From Setoptus koraiensis (Eukaryota > Animalia > Arthropoda), in NCBI GenBank assembly GCA_048013815.1, contig CM106586.1, positions 16,678,001-16,742,000 of the forward strand: a stretch of 64,000 nt of DNA, in the 5' to 3' direction. The notes under the pieces are model-generated. The model was not told where the DNA came from, ran no database searches, and saw only the letters and a list, made by a program, of their open reading frames with translations. Each line of letters opens with the position of its first letter. The stretch's first letter is position 1. A program made the position numbers and the translations under genes. This document shows, one piece after another, positions 36,501 to 44,956 of the stretch.

Positions 36501-39500
36501 ACAAACAAAGCGACCTGCATCCCACGGCGCCCCCATGCTCGCCGTCGGCGAATCACACCATGTGATCGAGCCCGCTGACGAGCCCCGCCGACGAGCGCCG
36601 CTGATCAGCGCGCTCCGACCAGCGGGCCCCGATCAGTGCTGGCCGCATGTGCACGAGAGAGTGTGTGTGTGTGCACCGTGTGATGTATGGGGCGACCGGG
36701 GCCAATTGTTTGCTGGGGCCCCGGCTGCGTTGGCGCGCTGATGCGTTGCGGGCGCGCTTGCAGCGCGGATATTTGTTAAACTTGAACACACACACACACA
36801 CCGTGAGCTTGTGCCGCGAGCGCGCGCTCTTAATGACGACGAATGGTCTTGCTGGTGCTCGTGCAAGGATGACGATTAGCGGGATCAGCGCTAATGGAGG
36901 CGCCCACGCTGCTGGCATGCAATAATCGTCGTGTTCGCCCTGGCGCCGCCGAACAATTTCCGCGCGCGCGGGCCCCACTTGTGCCGCTCGTCTAGTCGGC
37001 TCGTCTATGCGGCTCGTACCGCCGCCGCCGCCACGGCCGGCCCCCACATGACTGCGCGCCCAGACCGTGCCGGCCAGCCCGAGCTGTTATGTTGTAACTG
37101 GGGCCGGGCCGCTCCAGCGCGGCGCTCGGACGCTTGCAGCGCCGAAACAAATAGCGGCCAAGTGGCCAAATCATTGCGATGCTGAGGACGATTGATCTCA
37201 ATTTGGCGGCTGGCACAACGAGCGGCGACTAGCGTTCGAACACTGTGCGCTTGAAATGCATACAAACGAACGCTACAAACAGTGGATACAAACAGCGATA
37301 GCTGGCACAGAGCGAAAAGTAGACGGATAAGTAGACACAGGCAGAGAATGGAGAGAAGACGAAGAATTTGATTGTGGAATGATGATGATTATCTCATTCG
37401 CTACACACACACACACACACTCATACAAGCGGCTCAATAGCGACTGGCAACTGTGGCATTTAGAAGCCTGGCGAGAGAACACACAACTCAAACAGTTCGA
37501 GCGCTCGGTTCGCAGCCTCGGTTCGCGGTTCGCACTCGAACGTTTGAACGTTCGAACGTCCGAACGTTCGAGCGTTCGAACAGCAAGGTGAGCCACAGGC
37601 AAAGGCAAACATCAAATTCGGCGCTGGAACGTGGAAGGCCGAAGACTATCGAATGTGTGTGTGTGCGCAGATAATAAGAAGAGATCGCTGTCTCCTACTG
37701 GCTCCTACAACCACCGACTACCACTGCAACCACCGACTACCACTGCGACCACTAACAAACAGCAACAGCCAACAACAAACAGGTAAAACAGGCACCAATT
37801 TCAGTGTTTGTGTGCTGCTAAACTCTGCAAATCAACACAATGTTGATCATCATCATCAACTGCATGATGTGTGTTCGAAGTTCGAGCCAACGAGCCACTA
37901 AGCACTTTGGCCGAACCAAACGACTGCTGCTGCTTCTCAGTTCGCAGCTCGGCTCGTTTTGGCTCGGCTCGTTTTGGCTCGGCTCGGCGCGGCTCAGCCG
38001 GGCCGGCCGGTGAGCCCGTCGACCAAGTTGAGCATCGTCAGCGTGGTCACGTCGCTGCTGCTTCTAAGAACTGACCATTGCACACACACACACACTGTGT
38101 AGCTTGCAAATGGCGTAATGGCGCTCGAGATCATGATGTTGTTCTCTGGCTTAGCGGCGGCGCTCAGGTGAGATGATGATGATGCTCGGGTCGTAGCATC
38201 ATGCCATTTCACCTGACTGGCGCTCGCCAGTGATGATCTGACGGACTTGTCTGACGGTGTGAGCGAGCATCTGCTGCCGCTCCGGCCGTCGCCAATACGC
38301 GCCAGCCCAATTCTGACGCTGAGTCAAGAGAGATCAGTTAAAATGAGAGGTAAAAAAGGGAATGAGAATCAAAATTAGAATTGGCAGACCATTCTCTGTC
38401 CATTCTTGAGGTCAATTTAAACAACACACACACACACACACGCTTAGCCAGAGAAGGCAAATTACGATGATAATGAACAATAAATGATGAAAAGTGAATA
38501 CACACACAGCATGCGCATATTTATATTTATACTCTGTATGAATGTTGCTCGGCCGGCCAAGGCCAGCCCTCTGACCAAGCCAGCTCCGGCGAAACTTTCG
38601 AAGCGTCTCTCGCTCTGCCAGAGACTCTCTGGGCAACCATTAAAGCTCAATATCATTCAATTTGCAGAGCATGAGACCATTACAGCGACGCGCAACGCTG
38701 CCAGCCGAGCCAAGCCAACTAACAGCAAAGCTAAAGTAGCAACAAGTGAACAGGTGAACAATTAATATTGATGGTGATTTTGCTGTTGCTGTTGATGTTG
38801 CTGTTGCACTGGTGCTGTTAGTTGGCGGTGAATAAAGATAAGAATATGTTAATATTTCGACGCCATTCAACGCACCGACGCAATAGCAACGACACATCAT
38901 GGCGGCGGCAACAACAACAACAACAACAACATTGCTCGCCACCAGCCAGACCCGAGCGCGCCCCCACCCCGCATTCGCTGCATATTACATATATCTGTCT
39001 GTTTATGTTTATTTGCATCTCTTTTTGCTGGCTCGTCTGGCGAATATCTCTCTTTGTTTGTATCGTTGTTGGCTAGCGCACCACTCTCAAATCGCAGCTA
39101 TTGTCGGCCATTCGAAATCGTCGGTATTGGCCTATTTTGGGCGGTACAACTCTCGACCGACCGACAGTCGGCATGAGCGGCAACATCTCCAACCCGGGAT
39201 GCACCGGCCTACAAAACGCTACAAAAACATGGAGGGTCCAGCATTGCGCGAGACAATTACGGAAATTATTTATCAGAATGAACGTGCATAATAATAATAA
39301 TAGTGGCACCGCTACAACCTTCACTGTCCACCATGTGTGATCCAGATCAATCATTCTGCTTCATAAAAATCATCAGCTCTCAAGTGATCACGTCAATGGG
39401 TGATGATTGAGCGCCTGATGCGATGTCAGCCAGTGTGTTGTCTTGTTTGCACTGATGCGAAATAAAGATAATTTAATCAGTAATCACTCAATGATTAGCT

Positions 39501-41416
39501 AATAGTTAATTCTTTCGCTCTCACTTAGTTCTTGCTCAATTCAATCGTATGAGCCCCAAACGCTTGCAACAACCAGGTAGACATACGGCAGTTATCATTA
39601 TTCAATCATACCACACTTGAGCCACTTGCAAAACACACTGGCCATATAAATACTGGCCAGGTAGTTTTAAAAATAGCTGCTTATAAAAATGATAATTTTT
39701 AGTTTGTGTCTACAGTAAGTGTGAAACAAGTATGGCACACACAACACACATACTCTTCTTATCAAGAGAGCTCATTGACAACTGTATCTAATTAGGACCA
39801 CTTTTGCCAGACTCATCACTCTCTGGGATGTTTGAGTCTCGCTGTTTGTGTGTGGGCACTTCGCGAATAACAAAATACTCATACAAGACAGCTCAATCAA
39901 ATCAGACATCTTGTTGGTCCGACAATTGGACGGACAGCTGTTGTCTCAACACTCACATTAGTTAATTGTGCAATGTCAGTGGATATGTTAGGGGACCCAA
40001 CGAGATGTTGTGTCGCCATTATTTTCTACGGACAACTGATTGTATCAGTAATGTTGCTTGCTTCGAATACAGTCACATCTGATGGGACACACGATTGGCG
40101 GCCAATATTGTGTGAGAGTCGGCACTGACTGACAATCAAAATGCTGACTATCAAAATAATTTTGTCTGCTTTTAAAGGCGATCGAGTATCCGAATTTACT
40201 ATACCAAAAGCGTAAATTAGAACGTTTCGACGTTTCGCCAATCCAGGTAAAGGATTGACCATTCGCCCTCGTGAACCAACAGGCAAATCTGCCTGGCGGA
40301 TCTGCCAAATAGGGCCCTACTGTATCTTGGGAGTATCTCCAAGCAAGCTACAACAACTGAAACAATGATCACTTTTTCTCGTTTCTCACAAACGTAGCAT
40401 ATGAATTCGCTCATCGAGGACAAGGGTTTGCGTGAAATCATCTACGAGTTGGTGATTTGACATAAACTCGTGTTATGATAGACCAATGATGAATTCTTTG
40501 CTGACGAAAATAAAGTAGATTCGGATATTCAAATTGGTTTCAATCACTCGAACTAGCGATTTCTGTGACAGAATGGCACATTGATCATTTTTCTGAGGCA
40601 CCAAAACAAACTTGATTGAATTTTCCAGCTAGATTTTGCTCAGCGATGGCATATAGCTAATATGTTGGCTAAGCGGGATGAATCTATATAAATATGCCGG
40701 GCACACATACACAACAGAAAATCATTTATTTGAGGTGTGGCAAACGCTCACGGGGACCCGTGGGGAACCTCGGAATTCAATCTACTGAATGTTAGCTGGC
40801 CTCGTGTGACCAGCTAACATACAATAAATTTGACGAAACTGGTGGTGCTAATTAATAATAATTGGGCGCCCAATTGCATAAGTCAACTCTTTTCTGTGGT
40901 GAGTGCCATTTTGTCATGTGTATGAAAAATGATGTTGCTTGTTGTTGGAGCAACAACCGCCTGATCACAATTAATCACAAAAAGACGATGATCCTTTTGG
41001 ATATAATTTGAACATTTGGACAATTTTAAGTGATGAGCGAATTCGCATTTGCTTGACAGGATCGTCTGGTGCTGACACAAATTATTCGAATTTGCATCAC
41101 GACGCTTGTGTAATTTTGCACGATTGTGGACGTATAATTTTGTACGATTGTGGACGTATAATTTTGTAGGATTGTGGACGTATGATTCTGCACGATTACG
41201 ATATAATTTGAGACGATCATAACACAATGTTGTACGATGGTAATATATTTTTATTGAATTTGCCACGATTTTGCACGTTCGACATGATCGAGTGTTGCAA
41301 CTAGTCATGGGGCAAATACGTATCAAAATAGTGCTCGCGTTGATAACAAGTTGATCAACTGGATTATTGGCGATAATCAGCTGATTATCGTTTGTCGTAT
41401 TGGTAATGATACTCAC

Positions 41417-41624
41417 CTACTCTATCCTTGATTTCGCTCAACACCGCGAACAGTGTTGGCTTCATAGGGTGTTCATTGAGTTGAAGTTTGATTGCTTGAG
41501 CTCTATCCAAATTTGCCTCACTGCTTATCTCAAGCAATTCTTCTAACATTTGCTCAATATTTCGTCTATGTGGTGAATGATTGGTTGTCAATGAAACGGC
41601 GGCCACTGTGGCCATGGTTAACAT
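41417..41624 (-). CDS. exd: extradenticle alternative first coding exon 1A (PBC-A N-terminal part)
   Basis: MLTMATVAAVSLTTNHSPHRRNIEQMLEELLEISSEANLDRAQAIKLQLNEHPMKPTLFAVLSEIKDRV(G). Donor is GTAG|GTGAGTAT (phase 1). Length is 208 nt (69 codons + 1). The ATG is at 41624 or 41615. Confidence 0.88.
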
Positions 41625-42130
41625 TTAAATGGGATGCTTATTCTTGCTTGTTTGTGGCCGTTGTTGTCGCGTTGTTGTTGTTGTTGTTGCTGTTAATTTA
41701 TCGAGAATTTGCGAATTTATCTTCTTCGTTCTCTCGTTGTCTTGGTGATAATATCTGGCCGATACAGACAAATATAATGCACACCAATTATAATAATAAT
41801 TATAGTAATAATAAGTCGTTGTTGTCTTCTCTATTCACATGATATCATTTGTTGTTGTTGTATTTGCATTCTTTTTTCTTTTTTCTCTTCTTCTTCTCAC
41901 AACAACATCATCATTTCACGCAAACGACCAAATGTGAGTGTGTGTGTGTGTGTGTGTGTGCGTTTGTGTGTGTGTGTGTGTGTGCGTGTGTGTGTGCGTT
42001 CTCTCGCTCAATCTCTCAATTCGACACTGTTCGCTCCGTTCGATCGTTCGTTTGTCCGTTTGTTAGTTCGACGGCCTTCCAACTATTGGTTTGTCTGTTA
42101 TCAACACACACACGCTCAATAATAATACTG

Positions 42131-42157
42131 CCCAAAACGCCCGTCTGCGCATGTCGA
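42131..42157 (-). promoter_or_regulatory. 27-bp element upstream of exd exon 1A (copy A)
   Basis: CCCAAAACGCccGTCTGCGCATGTCGA, in the same orientation relative to its exon as copy B. Confidence 0.6.
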
Positions 42158-43031
42158 GGGGGAAATTCAAACATGTAAACAAACCAAAATTCAACCTTCT
42201 AGCGCTCGCGTGGTGCCATCTATTGCACGCTTTCACAACCACTGCACAACCTGATCAGCTGATCGGCCTCACTACAACCATACCACTGTATCATACAGTC
42301 AGTAATACAGAGTCTGTATTACAGACTCTGTGGGCCTACCATAACGCACCCCTGCACATATTGTTGATCGCCGATAGGGCGCTTTCATCTCGGCACCATT
42401 GAGTCGGTACCAATGGGTCAATACTATTCAATAGTAACTATTGTGTGTGCTTGTTAGCCTGATGGAGGCCGCTGACAAGTGGCACAGTTGAGCGGCAAAT
42501 CGTGATACACAAAACAAAGAAACAGTTGAAAACATTCTGTCGTGACACCACGTTCGCTGCCCTGCATCTCTGGCGGCTACATGTGCCTCTAGCGGACAAT
42601 AAACTGACGCACGTGATCAAGATAAAGATAACAACATGACAGAGTGTCAGGGAACTGCAATCAAGTTGACAGCGGCCCGATATTCTAACCGATTGCATCC
42701 AGCTCGATATGATTTATCCTTATTATTCAACGCAATCAACTAGATCGCACCAACATGAGAACATTTTTTGGAAAACACTCCAATACTGGAGCTTCAAAGT
42801 GAAACCAACTCTAATCTACTTCTAATCACACTCCTCTGTGTACTGTGTGTCAAAGAATTTTTATGATGGAACTTCGTAGACGAACAAATGTAGTAAAAAT
42901 TCATGCCAACCAATCTCTGACAATCTTGTGAGTCTCTGAAAGGAGCTATTTGTCACACTTGTGACAATGCCCTCGCTTCTGGTATAACTTTACATTAAAT
43001 CGCATTATGAACGCAAAAAGTTGAAACTTTT

Positions 43032-43037
43032 CACGTG
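43032..43037. promoter_or_regulatory. E-box CACGTG upstream of ESF1 (candidate Myc/Max site)
   Basis: TCACGTGA lies about 270 bp before the ESF1 ATG, with a second CACGTG at 42610-42615. Ribosome-biogenesis genes are typical Myc targets (established); function here is inferred. Confidence 0.35.
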
Positions 43038-43309
43038 ACACTGCGCGCTTGAGAATTCATTCCAATGCGTCGTCAGCGCCTCTAGCGGAATGCCGTGAAC
43101 ATCGGAAAATCTCCACGCGGTCTACAGCACGCGTGTGTTTATACAAGTGCCAAACATTTTCTGCATGGAATTTAGCCGGCAATCTACAGACTATCAGTAG
43201 GATCATCTCTTACCATTTATTGTATCATATATCTCATATCCTTCATATTTAAATTAAAATTTGTTAATTATTATTGATTAAAATTGTTAAGAGTTTGCTA
43301 TTCAACAAA

Positions 43310-44956
43310 ATGGAGGACGAACGATTTAAACAGGTGCTCAAGGACCCCAGGTTCAAGAATATGCGCCAGAGAAAAGTCAAGATAGACAAGAGATTCGCGC
43401 CCATGTTCAAGGATAAACAATTCAAAACTGACGACAATTTACAAAGATTTTATCAGTTAGATAAAGACGAAGATGAGGACGAAGACGAAGATGAAGATGA
43501 AGAGGAGAACGAGGATGAAGAGGTATCATCCTCTTCAGATGAATCATCATCCTCAGACGAAGAGGACGAGACAAATGAAGTTCAGTACGATTGGGCTGCT
43601 CTTGACAAAGATGCAAAACCAACAGAGGAGGCAACTAGACGTTTGGCTATCTGCAATTTCGACTGGGATTATCTTGAAGCTACAGACATTTTCGTTCTTA
43701 TCAACTCATTTAAACCTCCCAAAAGTGTCAAAGTCTATCTATCCGACTTTGGAAAAGAAAGATTAGAAGAAGAAGAAAAGAAGGGACCTAAAGAACTCAT
43801 CGAAATGCCTAGAATTGATGAGGAAGACGAGGAGGATCGCGACCTAGATGATCTGAAGGAAAAACTTCAAGTCGTTAAAAAGAAAAGTACTAATCCAGTC
43901 TGTCAGTACGAAGATGCAGATGAAATGACCGAAGAGCAAAGAGCAGTGGCTGAGCGAATCAGGGTCTATCAGCTCAACAGATTGAAATATTATTACGCTG
44001 TAGTCGAAATGGATAGTGTAGAAAGTGCCGATCACGTATATAAAGAATTAGATGGATTAGAATACGAAGGCAGCTCGACTGCTTTAGATCTTAGGTTTAT
44101 ACCCGACGATATGGAATTTGAAGACTCTCGCATGAAGAGCGAATGCCATGCAATGCCTGATTTGGCATCATATGAAGCTCCCGTATTCATAAACACAGCC
44201 TTACAGCAAACTAAAGTCAATTTGACTTGGGATAGTACCAATCACAGAAGGAAGGGTAAACTACACAAAACGTATACCATGATGGAGTTGGAGAAGGGCG
44301 ACCTTGAGGCTTATCTGGCCTCAGACTCTGAAAGCGACAATCAAGATGAGATGCTTGAAGATTTGTCGGGTGAAGAAGGTGAACCCAAAATGAACAAATA
44401 TAAACGTTTATTGCAGAAGTTGCAAGAGGAGGAAGAACAGAAAGACAAGATAGACTTAGAAGTTAACTTTTCAGAAGAGGAAGACAACAAAGGAAAAGTG
44501 AAAGATGAAGATGGAAGTGATGATCATGAAAATGATGAAAGCGATGATGATGACGGAAGCGATGACGACGATGGAAGCGATGACGACGATGGAAGCGATG
44601 ACGACAATGAAAGGGATGATGATGTTGAAAGCGATACTCCCGTTAAAACCGATGATCCTATTCAGAGTGATGATGATGATAGAGGCCGCGGTTCCAAGGG
44701 TCGCAAATCTAAGCGTCGTCATGCTAAAGCTCGCAACACCAAAGGTGGCGATGACGAAGATGAAGGCTTGAAATTGTTGCTTCTCGATACAGACGCGAAA
44801 AAAGAATCCGAATTTCAGTTCAATCCCGAGGATGATCGTTTCAAGGCTGTTTATGATTCCCACCTTTACAATATTGACCCTTCAGATGCAAATTTCAAAA
44901 GAACAAAGGCATACGAGGAGTTAGCTAAGAGAAAGCGTCGAAAGACTTTATTATAA
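43310..44956 (+). CDS. ESF1: ESF1 homolog (18S rRNA processing factor), single exon, 548 aa
   Basis: N-terminal DPRF...KVKIDKRF..MF; TRRLAICNFDWD; YQLNRLKYYYAVVE; DGLEYEGSSTALDLRFIPDD; acidic tracts; C-terminal NUC153-like DDRFKAVYDSHLYNIDPSDANFKRTK. The first ATG is at 43310 (the ORF track starts at an upstream TTG). Confidence 0.95.
   Translation: MEDERFKQVLKDPRFKNMRQRKVKIDKRFAPMFKDKQFKTDDNLQRFYQLDKDEDEDEDEDEDEEENEDEEVSSSSDESSSSDEEDETNEVQYDWAALDKDAKPTEEATRRLAICNFDWDYLEATDIFVLINSFKPPKSVKVYLSDFGKERLEEEEKKGPKELIEMPRIDEEDEEDRDLDDLKEKLQVVKKKSTNPVCQYEDADEMTEEQRAVAERIRVYQLNRLKYYYAVVEMDSVESADHVYKELDGLEYEGSSTALDLRFIPDDMEFEDSRMKSECHAMPDLASYEAPVFINTALQQTKVNLTWDSTNHRRKGKLHKTYTMMELEKGDLEAYLASDSESDNQDEMLEDLSGEEGEPKMNKYKRLLQKLQEEEEQKDKIDLEVNFSEEEDNKGKVKDEDGSDDHENDESDDDDGSDDDDGSDDDDGSDDDNERDDDVESDTPVKTDDPIQSDDDDRGRGSKGRKSKRRHAKARNTKGGDDEDEGLKLLLLDTDAKKESEFQFNPEDDRFKAVYDSHLYNIDPSDANFKRTKAYEELAKRKRRKTLL
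44947..44952 (-). terminator. Candidate poly(A) signal AATAAA for RTEL1, inside the last ESF1 codons
   Basis: Plus-strand TTTATT within ACT TTA TTA TAA; it begins 5 nt past the RTEL1 stop. Confidence 0.5.

Noticed and set aside
37495-37580. GAAnnTTC-rich tract as a heat-shock element
   Set aside because: The period is 8 bp (GAACGTTC)n, not the 10-bp register of inverted nGAAn pentamers.
39900-40620. Short overlapping ORFs in the AT-rich block as a hidden gene or transposon remnant
   Set aside because: Only 74-87-aa ORFs with no motif I can identify; BLASTx would be needed.
40883-41416. 177-aa ORF starting at GTG 41416
   Set aside because: The 'start' is the GT donor of exd exon 1A, and the body includes a 22-nt tandem repeat. 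It is intronic.
43274-43309. TTG start for ESF1 given in the ORF track
   Set aside because: Eukaryotic gene; the ATG at 43310 coincides with the start of ESF1 homology.
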